Virus record (IMG/VR): IMGVR_UViG_3300030099_002160
Coordinates: 1-54,878 of that record
Strand: one strand, 5' to 3'
DNA from: a virus
Lineage: Duplodnaviria > Caudoviricetes
Length of the DNA: 54,878 bases
Part shown: positions 28,901-38,282 of the stretch, piece by piece
Numbering within the stretch: the stretch's first letter is position 1
Layout: every line of letters starts with the position of its first letter
Program-made: the position numbers and the translations under genes
Notes under the pieces: model-generated
Seen by the model: only the letters and a program-made list of their open reading frames with translations
What the model was told of the DNA's origin: nothing
The model's database searches: none

Positions 28901-30813
28901 TTAAGTCCAGCTAGTTCTATCTCCTTCACTATACCTGACGAGTTCTTAACAGCTACATCTATCCTATTGTGGACAAATGGATCTATACTATTTTGAGGGT
29001 GTTTTCTTTTATCATGTATGGATGGTACAACATCACTTATAGGGGACCATGGACTAACTTCATTATCGTAATAGTGATACCTGTATCTAAACTGATACAT
29101 GTGTCCATATAAGTTGTTTTTACTGTAGTTTGCATCATCGACATACGTATATGTAGGTGCATATAGTGAGTTTCTTTTTAGTACCTCTACATAGTGTCTT
29201 TTCTTTTCATAAGGGTAATCAGCATCATATAAACTATGTGGGTAATAATCTTCTAAGCTAATGTTGCCTGTTCCACCCTCTTCATCAAGGACATATGGCT
29301 CAGTAGAACTGTCTATAAGTGCTATACTGTTTTTTGACTTTCTAACATTTATAGAGCAAGGTTCGCCATATTGTCTAGATGTCCAGTATAACACATCACC
29401 TACTTTATTTATATCGTTTATCAAGAACTCTTTTCTCCAGTTGAACACAGCAGATGACGAGTTGCCACAATCTCTAAATACAGTGGATATGATATCAGTT
29501 CTAAGATCATATTCTAATATTAAATGAAAGTCAATATTGCTAGCAACCATCCAATATATCTTATTGTCCTTTTTGTCCTCATATGTCCCAATGGTGTCAA
29601 AAGTAGCCTCTACAGTATCTATTGTGTCATTTACTATGGTAGCGTTGGCTCTAATAATTGTCTTAGAAAGAAAAGTAGGATGACCCAGTACATCAACAGT
29701 TTCACCAAAATTAATAGTCCAACCCACAGACTCTACTTGATTAATATATTCAGTTAAAACTAAATCTCCTTCAGATGTGTCAGCAACGGACCAATCTGTA
29801 GAATCATTCAAAACGCTAGGCTCATTAGCATATCCATATCCATCTTCTACATCTACAAGTTCTGGTAATAAAAAGTAAGGGGATAGTCCATTTGAATCAG
29901 CTGTAAATAAACTGCCAGTTATAGAGTCTGAGGCACCTAAATACAATGGTTGAATCGATGATGACTTTTTTAAATCTACGTAAAATATACCCTCTTCGTT
30001 TCCTAATCCATCTGTAGAATAAGCTCCTTCAAATAAAAGAGCGTGAGCCCAAACTTGACCTGGAGTATAATCTGGGTGATTAGTTATGTTGTTTAAAGTA
30101 GATTGCCCAAAGAAATATTCGTTATCAAAATAAGGACTGTTGTTATCTATAACACTAACCGCTATTCCTAAATTAGCAAAAGCATTTTGATTTTGACTAA
30201 CCCAAAAGGTTAAATAATTCAACATGTTAATGTGCGTTTCCCCGTTGTAAGCTATTTGAAAATTGTTAGTAGGATTCTGCATTTCAGCTAATGAAAATCC
30301 TATAGATATATCAAAGTTTATAACAGTATCATCAAAGGTAGCTGGAATACCAGAGGGTAAATAAAATGCGGGAAACGGAAATGTTGTCTGCTCAACTAAT
30401 ACATTATATGCTAATCCATTTTCGTCTAAATTTATGTTGCCAGTTTCCACATCAATAGCGGGTTCTGATTCTATGATCGTGTGAGGATCGTTTTCATCTC
30501 TTAGATGTCCATCAAAATTTTCTAACACGATTGATTGATCGACTAGGAGACTACTTCCTCCATAATTAAAAAAATAGCTTCTAGAGGGCATAAACAAAGT
30601 TATTCTTCTCTTTCCAGAAGTTGGAGGCTTTGGAAAATCGTAGTCTATCTTTTTAGTGCCTTTGATGTTTTCAATAACACCCTGTGTTTGACCCTCTGAA
30701 GATATATTCCTTATGTTTAAACCATGATGATAATCACCATTCTTAACAAGTCTAGGGTCTACATCTTTATCTAAACCACCTACAAATATTCTTTTTGACT
30801 GTTTACTAGGCAT
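25942..30813 (-). CDS. tail stabilisation / nozzle protein (P22 gp10-like, crAss-type)
   Basis: GGLDKDVDPRLVKNGDY..GLNIR, FRYRYHYYDNEVSPWSP, RLAYGNYTQG, GSIQKI, YGISKNPESF, GDRMKGRFM. Confidence 0.8.
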   Translation of the reverse strand: MPSKQSKRIFVGGLDKDVDPRLVKNGDYHHGLNIRNISSEGQTQGVIENIKGTKKIDYDFPKPPTSGKRRITLFMPSRSYFFNYGGSSLLVDQSIVLENFDGHLRDENDPHTIIESEPAIDVETGNINLDENGLAYNVLVEQTTFPFPAFYLPSGIPATFDDTVINFDISIGFSLAEMQNPTNNFQIAYNGETHINMLNYLTFWVSQNQNAFANLGIAVSVIDNNSPYFDNEYFFGQSTLNNITNHPDYTPGQVWAHALLFEGAYSTDGLGNEEGIFYVDLKKSSSIQPLYLGASDSITGSLFTADSNGLSPYFLLPELVDVEDGYGYANEPSVLNDSTDWSVADTSEGDLVLTEYINQVESVGWTINFGETVDVLGHPTFLSKTIIRANATIVNDTIDTVEATFDTIGTYEDKKDNKIYWMVASNIDFHLILEYDLRTDIISTVFRDCGNSSSAVFNWRKEFLINDINKVGDVLYWTSRQYGEPCSINVRKSKNSIALIDSSTEPYVLDEEGGTGNISLEDYYPHSLYDADYPYEKKRHYVEVLKRNSLYAPTYTYVDDANYSKNNLYGHMYQFRYRYHYYDNEVSPWSPISDVVPSIHDKRKHPQNSIDPFVHNRIDVAVKNSSGIVKEIELAGLKCKDLGNLARGNRGEFFTIAKINNDFSAWQIDNLSEQTISFYNDQLYRFIDAGSGDRLFDSVPRSANTQTIIGNTRLAYGNYTQGFDVPKINIKTTPQYGYVQGDPKTYGGPTYQDDVDISLEGGGVSSFKSGAFHSFGLVYFDERGRCSTVLIDDESQVYVKFPSERTSSDNPPGGTNDAGLYGAVTIGWSIFHKAPSWAKYYRWYYSRNNTVDEFVQFRLSDVFVNNFVSSDTRIFISLRNLKGADESYISTSPLSENNVPNPMKEIFDYDFVKGDRIRFITGPGPAGENTTDANVAPSYIDVKIAAFEYYSQSDPTAPILNASGLNALPSDGSQDAWFLIIDEVLDSDGNVVDGYNKSNFSNITRSIVEIYRPKQEPDPDETVYFEFSKLYEVQQPLGTHLGDTSDQSFSGTADAFGNFTSNSPATGQFLTGDVYYKSRDMLTPANNFYIEDYFCNDLINTNHFSIGRANLFSPYFKEFNNISSITYSDVYQPATSFNGLSTFDPNTDNVKHYSEIDGSIQKIYARDTNMLVIHEDKTYNVPVAKDILLTADNQKNVTVSNKVLGQRQAYSEHYGISKNPESFVVDGNVCYWTDIRSGVSLRLKQNGITTISSAKMIDYFRDKSEEYKVFNPEYKWEESYGDVTGSMLQDNHKDFRIKGGFNPKHDEYIIQFPRIVRRRDEFDNTPLQWDVLGTVDTWESEDKDLDVLAPGEVVSWAELQKRWITFYSHVADYYGKINVLFTSWENGALFLHDMDDQNHNTFYGVTYNTELDFFINEGPSTVKGFKSITLEANQEVESTEDGVEEEDKSSYDLTLITDMTETSIDRRVFDERENKQYAQIPFVTTNSTGSEIIGLGAGTGLNNDAGIGVIAGSNTNFGAANIILGTSTDVTSPDYGDQLFFNDGTSDVLVGTISDINSDNVLVLSSSVDPFDNQFLFIKRPAISEGDRMKGRFMEVKLKKRSKKLLEIFSGSATIFNSELSDD

Positions 30814-30817
30814 CTAA

Positions 30818-31543
30818 TTAAAGTTTAGGAGCCTGCTTGAAAGCTTTTCTTGTAGTCTGTAACGCTTCTTCTTTGTTAAATGACTGCATTCTAGCTCTAG
30901 CAAGTCTCTTTTGATTATAATATTCTTTTCTTGCTAACATCTTTTCATTCATGTTTATAGCTCTCTTTCTAAATATTGACTTCCAATATATATAAGACTT
31001 AAGAGCCTCCTGTGCAAAAGAATGTATTTTTATTTGTTCACCCTCAAGATCTGTAGATCCATCAGATATATATTCTATTATGACACTACCTGACAACTCA
31101 GAGAACTCTATTGTTCCCTCATCTAAATTTTCTCTGTAGTAACCATTTACATTGTTTCCTCCTCCTTCTCCAAACCTAGCATACAAACCATCTCCAGGAA
31201 CATTATCTGTAAAAACTGGATGTTGAGTTTTATCTTCTGTGACAGAGCTCGTAGTTCCATGAACTAAATTTATTCTATCTCTTCTGCCTAGATAGTTCAT
31301 TTCTCCATCATTATCTGTAATACCTATCTTTGTAAAAGACACATAATCTGATGGCAGCTTAACAGTATTCTTATGATCCAAGTTTAGCTCTATACTTTTT
31401 ATCTGCCTAACCGTATCAAAATTTAACTCCTTCAATCCTTGAAGTGCTAAGTTAAAATATCTAAGATACTCATGCTCACTAGACTTGCCCTCTTCTATAA
31501 ACAGATCCTGTATTATTTCTTCAACTGATATAAACTGTGCCAT
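30818..31543 (-). CDS. tail ring / adaptor protein
   Basis: GLKELNFD, LPSDYV, IEYISDG, FAQEALKSYI; synteny. Confidence 0.7.
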   Translation of the reverse strand: MAQFISVEEIIQDLFIEEGKSSEHEYLRYFNLALQGLKELNFDTVRQIKSIELNLDHKNTVKLPSDYVSFTKIGITDNDGEMNYLGRRDRINLVHGTTSSVTEDKTQHPVFTDNVPGDGLYARFGEGGGNNVNGYYRENLDEGTIEFSELSGSVIIEYISDGSTDLEGEQIKIHSFAQEALKSYIYWKSIFRKRAINMNEKMLARKEYYNQKRLARARMQSFNKEEALQTTRKAFKQAPKL

Positions 31544-31545
31544 TA

Positions 31546-33171
31546 TTAATCTATATTATCATTAGCCATATCATCATTAGCGTTCTTCATTACAGCTAAC
31601 AACTCAACTAAGTTTCTTATTATTATTTTTTCGTAGTCTGCTGGTATAGGATAAAGACTATGATCTTCTATTTTACTAGATGTTCCTATATAACTAACTC
31701 TAAGGTTTTTACCATACTTATCTGTAAAAGAATCAAAATCATATCTTTTATATAGATATATTGCTGCTCCCCCTTGAAGACCTGTTGATGCTCCAAAGTT
31801 TACAAGATTTTCTATATAGTAGTATTGTCTGCCTGTTTTATTTACAGTTTTGTCGTAAAGAGAGTTGTGCTCACCTCCTGATGGCATTCTATGAAATATT
31901 ATTTGCTCATACGCCTCTGCCGCTGGTGAGGGTTTTGGACTGACGTTTTCATTTTTTGTTATTGTAAAAGTATTACCTGGAGTAAATGGTTGTATATTAT
32001 ATCCTCCCTGTGGCTTTATTTCTTCAAAGGTTAAAGTAAATACATTAAAACCAAGACCTAAAGTTCCTTTTTGACAGATTATATTTTGTTCTTTAGATAG
32101 CTTATAAGCGTTTTCTAAAATAAATTTATCTATAATATCTTCGTGAGTTATCTCTGTTGTTGGTGCCACAAACTCACTACTATACATGGTGTCATTAATC
32201 ATAAATGCTATACCATGAGAGTTTTCTTCACCTTTTAAGAAAGGGTCTTGAGAAATAAAATGATCACTTTTATCACTAAATATATTAATATTAAATCCTA
32301 TATTACCATTATTAGTACCATCGAGAAAGGCAGTGTTAGTAGAATTATCATCAGGGCTAGAAGAAGTAGAACCAACGCCATTAACTCTAAAATCTGTTAT
32401 TTTGGAACCATATAGGGTTTCCAGTAAGATTGAGGTATTATGTGATATAACAGTGCTACCAACAGAAGTTGAATTTAAAGTTTCACCCTGAACAAAACCA
32501 TATTTAATATCAAAGTCTTTAACAAATTTTTGAAAACCAGGACTATTTACTAAAGATTTTATAAAGTCTCTATGTGTGTTTTCATAACTGTTATTTTCAG
32601 AGGTATCAACATTAAACTGTATTTTGTGAGTTTTTACCCCCTCATGTGTATTTGCAAAAGTAGATTCATTGGACATTAATGTTTTCGTTATTTCAAAGTC
32701 AATCTCTACAAAATATTTTTTATCTAAAACCTTTGGTCCTCTACTAAAAGTTATGGTTATTTTATTTGGCTTGTATGTAGCAGGTTTTGCACCGCCTTTT
32801 ATCTTGAATACATCACCTTGTTTTGTAAATCTAGTGAGAACATTTTCCACTCTCTGTATACCCATGTCATTAGGTAAAGAAACATAGCTAAAATCTAGAG
32901 CAGCTACTAGAGCACCATTTCTAGAGACATCCCTTGATATTGGAACAGTTGCCTGAGATATCCATCCTCCATCTATTTCTAATTCACCTTTTGCTGTAGT
33001 AGTAGACTTGGTATACATCCAGTCCATTATCTCAGACTTTATTAGAGAGTCTCTTTCTTGATCAACAAGGATCATAACTTCTCTTATGTCTATAGAGCTG
33101 TCTTCAGTAGGATCCCCACCGTTAACGATTCTTAATACTTGTTCTGCTATTTTATATCTTGTTGTTGCCAT
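31546..33171 (-). CDS. tail ring / adaptor protein with large central insertion
   Basis: ring-like N-terminus (GGDPTEDSSIDIRE) and C-terminus (YPIPADYEKIII); synteny. Confidence 0.6.
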   Translation of the reverse strand: MATTRYKIAEQVLRIVNGGDPTEDSSIDIREVMILVDQERDSLIKSEIMDWMYTKSTTTAKGELEIDGGWISQATVPISRDVSRNGALVAALDFSYVSLPNDMGIQRVENVLTRFTKQGDVFKIKGGAKPATYKPNKITITFSRGPKVLDKKYFVEIDFEITKTLMSNESTFANTHEGVKTHKIQFNVDTSENNSYENTHRDFIKSLVNSPGFQKFVKDFDIKYGFVQGETLNSTSVGSTVISHNTSILLETLYGSKITDFRVNGVGSTSSSPDDNSTNTAFLDGTNNGNIGFNINIFSDKSDHFISQDPFLKGEENSHGIAFMINDTMYSSEFVAPTTEITHEDIIDKFILENAYKLSKEQNIICQKGTLGLGFNVFTLTFEEIKPQGGYNIQPFTPGNTFTITKNENVSPKPSPAAEAYEQIIFHRMPSGGEHNSLYDKTVNKTGRQYYYIENLVNFGASTGLQGGAAIYLYKRYDFDSFTDKYGKNLRVSYIGTSSKIEDHSLYPIPADYEKIIIRNLVELLAVMKNANDDMANDNID

Positions 33172-34013
33172 TATTTATTAACAGTTTGATCTTTTTCTTT
33201 TTTCTCAGCATAATTTAATGGTTCCGCATCTCTTAAAGAGATTCCAATATAAGAAAGCATTCTTTGAGATATTTCTCTGTGAGTTTTACTAGGTAAAGTA
33301 AGCTCTTGAGTATTTTCATTTGAAGGATCAAAAATAGGATTGCCATTTATTATAACATGACCCCACTGTGGTGAAGGTGGTTTAGCTATGTAAACAAGGA
33401 ATACATTATCAATGTCATCTGACTTAAACTCTATTATTTCACCACTCCCAACACCTTTTCCGTATATCTCAAATCCTTTGTCAAACATTACAGCCACCTT
33501 GTGATGAGGACCTGGATATAGCACTTCACTATGAAGCCTGTAAGATAGTTGATCATGTGTTATTAGATCTATTCTACCCCTTCTAAGTTCTTTATTTGGC
33601 TCTCCACCGTCATCATTTGTGTGAATTTGTCCAGGCAAAACATCGCTTGAGCTATTTGCAGAAGATCCATGATAAAGTCTTAAAAAGTGCAAGTATTCAC
33701 CACTCTTCTTTTTTGTTACACTATCAAATTCATTTACAGGATACTTCCACACTCCTAGACCAGAATCGTCATACTCAAGTTTTTTCCTAAACACCACACT
33801 TCTTATATCATCAAGAACAGAATGGTTTTGCACAAGAGCTGTGGATGCCTTAGTTCTAGACTCTGCTTCAGTCTTATACCTTGCAACTCTGTCATGTATC
33901 AAATCTAATTGAGCCTGTTGTGCTAATAAGTTAAACTCAGATGGTTTTATGAACCCTCTTTGCTCTTTGTTAGCCATGAACTGAACAAACCTGTATAACT
34001 CATCTATTGTCAT
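33171..34013 (-). CDS. tail tubular / head-tail connector protein
   Basis: IDELYRFVQFMANKEQRGFIKPSEFN, YIAKP..PQWG, LSYIGISLRD. Confidence 0.75.
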   Translation of the reverse strand: MTIDELYRFVQFMANKEQRGFIKPSEFNLLAQQAQLDLIHDRVARYKTEAESRTKASTALVQNHSVLDDIRSVVFRKKLEYDDSGLGVWKYPVNEFDSVTKKKSGEYLHFLRLYHGSSANSSSDVLPGQIHTNDDGGEPNKELRRGRIDLITHDQLSYRLHSEVLYPGPHHKVAVMFDKGFEIYGKGVGSGEIIEFKSDDIDNVFLVYIAKPPSPQWGHVIINGNPIFDPSNENTQELTLPSKTHREISQRMLSYIGISLRDAEPLNYAEKKEKDQTVNK

Positions 34014-34030
34014 CTTAAATCCTTTTCAGA

Positions 34031-34038
34031 CAAATATA
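34031..34038 (-). promoter_or_regulatory. Bacteroidota -7 promoter element
   Basis: TATATTTG just downstream of a terminator and upstream of the tail operon. Confidence 0.65.
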
Positions 34039-34040
34039 GC

Positions 34041-34074
34041 AAAAAAAAAGGAGGTAACAACAATGTACCCCCTT
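34041..34074 (-). terminator. intrinsic terminator
   Basis: minus strand AAAGGGGGTA-cattgttgt-TACCTCC-T9 (one G-U pair). Confidence 0.75.
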
Positions 34075-34098
34075 TAAATACTGATATGTATATATCTG

Positions 34099-34989
34099 TT
34101 ATCCTAAAACTTTCATTTTAGTTTTTATCTGATCAATGATACCGCTACCTTTATCAGTCATGCACATATCAGCTAAACAGTCAACTGGCTTGACACCAAG
34201 AGGTATGTGAGTGATCACAGGTCTTTGATCCCCTTGCACCCAGCTTATCTTTTGGCTGTCCCAATCTATAACACCAGATTCTTTACCTCTCATTATGGTT
34301 TGTTTGATATCCATCTTTGGATCGTCAAGTCCAGCTATAAAAGATACAGGATCTTTCTCTGCTAAAACTTTCATATCATATCTAATCTCATCAGTAGACT
34401 TTTTAGTATTTACTCCTAATACTGTAGCGTAACCGATAAGTTTATCAAGTTCCATTTCAAATACAGTTCTGATAGCATCCATTTCCTTCATACTCTTCTG
34501 CATCTTTTCTTGTGCTTTCTTTTCGTTGTCAACCATATAGAAAACTGCTCTAGAATTAGACATTCTGTTTGGATTGCTTCTATTAGCATTACAAGCATCC
34601 ATAAACTTTCTAAGAGTAGGATTAGTTCTATCAACAATTAAGAATCCATTAGTAAAGGTAATAGGTGACTTTACTTTTGAGTCTTCTTTTTGTTCATCTT
34701 CGTATATTGATGATTCACCAGGTATGTATCTTATTTTTCTGTTTACACCTGTTTCTGGATCATATATAATGTCCTCAGCTTTTAACATATAAACAAGAGA
34801 GAACTTAACTCTACCTTTGCTATCTCTACTTTCTTTTACAAGTCTATAGGTAACAGGCTTATTAAGATCCTTACCCTTGTTTAAATTATTTATACCATGT
34901 GTGTTTGATTTTTTTGCTGTAGGAGTCTCAACAGTTTTCTTAACAGCTGGTTCTACAGTCTTTGTGGGATTGTTTTTTTTCTTTGTCAT
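34099..34989 (-). CDS. conserved capsid-module protein of unknown function
   Basis: downstream of MCP; RKIRYIPGESSIYEDEQ, ITFTNGFLIV..TNPTL. Confidence 0.7.
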   Translation of the reverse strand: MTKKKNNPTKTVEPAVKKTVETPTAKKSNTHGINNLNKGKDLNKPVTYRLVKESRDSKGRVKFSLVYMLKAEDIIYDPETGVNRKIRYIPGESSIYEDEQKEDSKVKSPITFTNGFLIVDRTNPTLRKFMDACNANRSNPNRMSNSRAVFYMVDNEKKAQEKMQKSMKEMDAIRTVFEMELDKLIGYATVLGVNTKKSTDEIRYDMKVLAEKDPVSFIAGLDDPKMDIKQTIMRGKESGVIDWDSQKISWVQGDQRPVITHIPLGVKPVDCLADMCMTDKGSGIIDQIKTKMKVLG

Positions 34990-35027
34990 TTCTAAAATTA
35001 AATTAAAATTATTATTAAAATACCCTT

Positions 35028-35050
35028 GGAGGGAGAGATACTCCCCCTCC
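35028..35050 (-). terminator. hairpin after capsid genes (terminator or mRNA stabiliser)
   Basis: minus strand GGAGGGGGAG-tat-CTCTCCCTCC; U-tract is weak. Confidence 0.55.
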
Positions 35051-35107
35051 TTAGATATGTTCTTTATACTGCCTGTATATCATTTCAAGACAGTTAACAG
35101 TTAATTA

Positions 35108-35542
35108 CTAAACTTGTGCGTCCTGAATTACTATTGCACTACAACTTGTAATATGTGAAGAAATATATTCAGCACTTACAGTCTCGTTATTTAAGTTTGT
35201 AGTAACATCATCAGCAACAACAATAAGTCCATTATCTCTAGATACTGGTTCATTGATTTTGTCGATGACTGCTGCCATAACTTCACGAATTCTACCCGCT
35301 GTAACATTCACTAAAACCACATCAGACTTGTTATCTGCATTAGCAGCACTACCATCACCATGAGTGTTCTGTAGTCCTCTAAAATAAAATTTTAATGATG
35401 TTGAAGTAGCAGCTTGCATTCCTAGTAAAGAACTAACAGGATAACAAGCACTAGTTTTAGCATCGACAGCACCCGCTGAACCAGCGTCACCATCATCGTT
35501 GTCTACATCAGCAACTGTTCTAAAATATAAATATTTATCCAT
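35108..35542 (-). CDS. probable auxiliary capsid / decoration protein
   Basis: directly after MCP, before the hairpin; Ala/Asp/Ser-rich. Confidence 0.55.
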   Translation of the reverse strand: MDKYLYFRTVADVDNDDGDAGSAGAVDAKTSACYPVSSLLGMQAATSTSLKFYFRGLQNTHGDGSAANADNKSDVVLVNVTAGRIREVMAAVIDKINEPVSRDNGLIVVADDVTTNLNNETVSAEYISSHITSCSAIVIQDAQV

Positions 35543-35571
35543 TTTTTATAAAACTTTTATAAGGTTAATAA

Positions 35572-37035
35572 TTATGATTTCTTGATCAACATGTAACGGT
35601 TAGCCGCAAATCCTTCAAAACCTCTTTCACATCTGTAGTGTGATTGTAACACGTCAGAAGTATTAGTTTTGTTTTGTAGAACAGCAGAACCTGTTAACCA
35701 GTGCTCCATGTCTCTCGAATAACCGTTAGCAGCTTTAAATCGTATTCTCAACGATGGGATACTCTCTCCAGTTCTAGCATCTCTCTGTGTATCCATAGGA
35801 ATACAAAGACCGTAGCCAGGGAAGTGATGTCCTGAAGCTCCTAATAAGTTAGGGTGATTAAACAAATCATAAGTTTTCTTATGGAATGTGTATCCACCTC
35901 TTGTGAAAGAATTAAACCCTAAGTTTAACGCCATGTCTTTATTGTTTTGGAAAGTACCAAAGTTAGCACCACCAGCAGCGTAAGCACCTTGAGCAGCTAA
36001 TAAATCATCAATATCTAAAGATAAGTTGATACCAGCGTAAAGAGCGTACTCTTTTGCACCTCGGAATTTATCTAAAGACTTAACGATAGCGTCAAAGTCA
36101 GCCATTGTGATAGATGCAGAACCTAAGTCCATAGACTGTCCATCCTCCTCAATAAATGGTAATAAACCTTTTGTTCCTCTAATAGTAGAAGAGTTTATAG
36201 ATTCACCGTTTTTAAAGGTTAGTGTTTGAGATGCTGAGTCACCATTAAGGTTGTCATTATCTATGTCTTCACCTAAAAGCATCATAATCTCAGAGTAGTC
36301 TAAGAATCTCTTATGAGTGTCCGCCTCACCTTTTAAGTACCATACGTATCCTGAGCCCATTTTTTCATTATCAACTTTTACGTATACAATGTTTGTAGCC
36401 TCAGAACCTGTTACTTCAAAAGATTCTTTTAAGATCATACACTTGTTAGAGTATTCGTGAACTCTTGGAGATAAACCATCTGGCTGTGGACCACCCTCTG
36501 GGTGAGCATTACCAATGATAGCCATCTCATAGTCAGTTCCAGTAGTTTTAGCAGTTGTTAAACCGTTTTGACTAACTGAGAACATAGTGAACTCTCTAGT
36601 AGAAGCAGAAGGCATAGCAGATGCTGTTACATACACCATATCCCCATCAGGGAATCTTAGTATGTCACCAACACGTACTGCTGAAAAGTCATCTGTTCCA
36701 ATAAAGTCTTCAACAAAAGATCCTGTTTGTATAGTAGCTGTCATAGCATCTTCATAACCAACAGCTCTGTCTGAGCCAATTTGAATTTTTATACTATTGT
36801 GTAAGAACGCTTCTTCATAGTGTTCAAACGTAGTATTGCTTGTAGGAGCTTTAGCTCCCATAAGTTCGAGTAGTCCTGTAATCCCTTGCTCGCCATAACG
36901 CTTAACAAGCTTTTCAGAAACATCTCTTTTTCTTAACGAGTTTGTCGTTAAAGCACTCACATAGTTCTCGTTGGTAGCAACCTGAAGAGCTGTGGGTTTT
37001 AACGTCATTCCCGAAGGTATATTAACTGTAGCCAT
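35572..37035 (-). CDS. major capsid protein
   Basis: 487 aa after portal and scaffold; YGEQGITGLL, ILKESFEVTGS, GYVWYLKGE, LNLGFNSFTRGGYTFHK, HYRCERG motifs of crAss-like Bacteroidota phage MCPs. Confidence 0.85.
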   Translation of the reverse strand: MATVNIPSGMTLKPTALQVATNENYVSALTTNSLRKRDVSEKLVKRYGEQGITGLLELMGAKAPTSNTTFEHYEEAFLHNSIKIQIGSDRAVGYEDAMTATIQTGSFVEDFIGTDDFSAVRVGDILRFPDGDMVYVTASAMPSASTREFTMFSVSQNGLTTAKTTGTDYEMAIIGNAHPEGGPQPDGLSPRVHEYSNKCMILKESFEVTGSEATNIVYVKVDNEKMGSGYVWYLKGEADTHKRFLDYSEIMMLLGEDIDNDNLNGDSASQTLTFKNGESINSSTIRGTKGLLPFIEEDGQSMDLGSASITMADFDAIVKSLDKFRGAKEYALYAGINLSLDIDDLLAAQGAYAAGGANFGTFQNNKDMALNLGFNSFTRGGYTFHKKTYDLFNHPNLLGASGHHFPGYGLCIPMDTQRDARTGESIPSLRIRFKAANGYSRDMEHWLTGSAVLQNKTNTSDVLQSHYRCERGFEGFAANRYMLIKKS

Positions 37036-37067
37036 TTTTTTATTATTTTAACTAATTTATATATTTA

Positions 37068-38204
37068 TTATCGATTCCACATTGAACCTTTCCCGTACAT
37101 TTGATCATCTAACTCATCTAAAACAGATCTTTCTTTTGATGTAGCAACTTTATTTGTGTTGTCAAACGAAGGATTTTTAATATCTTTTACTACCTGCTCG
37201 GTACCTTTAGATCTATATTGATTTGCTACACTTCTTATAATGTCTTGAAAGTTGTTTAAGACAAACATTTCAGTGTTTAACCTATCAAAGTCCCAGTTTC
37301 CGTCTTCATCAATATACCTATCAAAATAATTATTAAGATCAGAGTTGGAATCTACTAACCCCTGCCTGTGTTCATCAGTCAGTTGGAAAGTAAACTCTTC
37401 TCCATTCTCATTCATTTCAAATGTTATTGACTCAACTTCATCAACTTCATTAGACATTGTTTCAACCCATTCCTTTCTTACGGACTCAGATTCCTCGCTA
37501 GAGGCTTCATTGTTTTCAACAGGCATTCTATATTTTTCCTGCATGTCCATAAGATCTTTCCTGGCTTGAGAAACATCTTTTTTTAGTTCAATCTTTCCCA
37601 GAGTTTGATCTGCTTCACTGTTCTTACCCTTGTCTAGTTTGTACTTAGATTCTATCAAGACATTTATTTCATCCCTACTTAATTCAGGATTATTTTGTGC
37701 CATGTGTATCCTCATAACGTCCTCATTAGACATTTTAGAATAATCAACAGTTTGAGTTCTTATATAGTCAGCAATAGTTCTGCCTGTCTCGCTAACAAAT
37801 TGATTCATCTTTTCTAACTGCTCGTTAGCAAATTCTGATTTTTTACGAGTCAAAGCATCTCTAAAGGAGCTTACGTCTTCAAATTCTGTTCCAAACTGAT
37901 CGTTTATAAAATTTAAAAAACGTCCTTGAGCTTCTTCTGGAGATTCTTCGCTGACTTCACTCTGTTGAGATTGGTCATTAGATTCACTATGTAAAGAACG
38001 GTCATTAGTATCTTGCGATTCTACTGGTTGCTCACTAGGAGTTTGAGTAGCTTCACTAGATTCTTCTTTTATTTCTGTAGTTTCTTGTTGAACTTCTGAA
38101 CCTCCTGTTAGATCTACAACTTCTTTTTGTAGTTCTTTAGGCTGTTCTTGAACAACTTCACCACTTAATTGTTCAGCGATTAAATCGCCCATATCATCTG
38201 CCAT
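37068..38204 (-). CDS. probable capsid scaffolding protein
   Basis: acidic low-complexity N-terminus, helical body, between portal and MCP. Confidence 0.65.
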   Translation of the reverse strand: MADDMGDLIAEQLSGEVVQEQPKELQKEVVDLTGGSEVQQETTEIKEESSEATQTPSEQPVESQDTNDRSLHSESNDQSQQSEVSEESPEEAQGRFLNFINDQFGTEFEDVSSFRDALTRKKSEFANEQLEKMNQFVSETGRTIADYIRTQTVDYSKMSNEDVMRIHMAQNNPELSRDEINVLIESKYKLDKGKNSEADQTLGKIELKKDVSQARKDLMDMQEKYRMPVENNEASSEESESVRKEWVETMSNEVDEVESITFEMNENGEEFTFQLTDEHRQGLVDSNSDLNNYFDRYIDEDGNWDFDRLNTEMFVLNNFQDIIRSVANQYRSKGTEQVVKDIKNPSFDNTNKVATSKERSVLDELDDQMYGKGSMWNR

Positions 38205-38233
38205 ATTTTATTGTATTAAATTAAACCTTGTTG

Positions 38234-38241
38234 CAAAAATA
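38234..38241 (-). promoter_or_regulatory. Bacteroidota -7 promoter element
   Basis: TATTTTTG about 30 nt upstream of the scaffold ATG. Confidence 0.55.
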
Positions 38242-38282
38242 GTGTATTTATAATTATAAACACAAAATCTAAACAATTTTTT

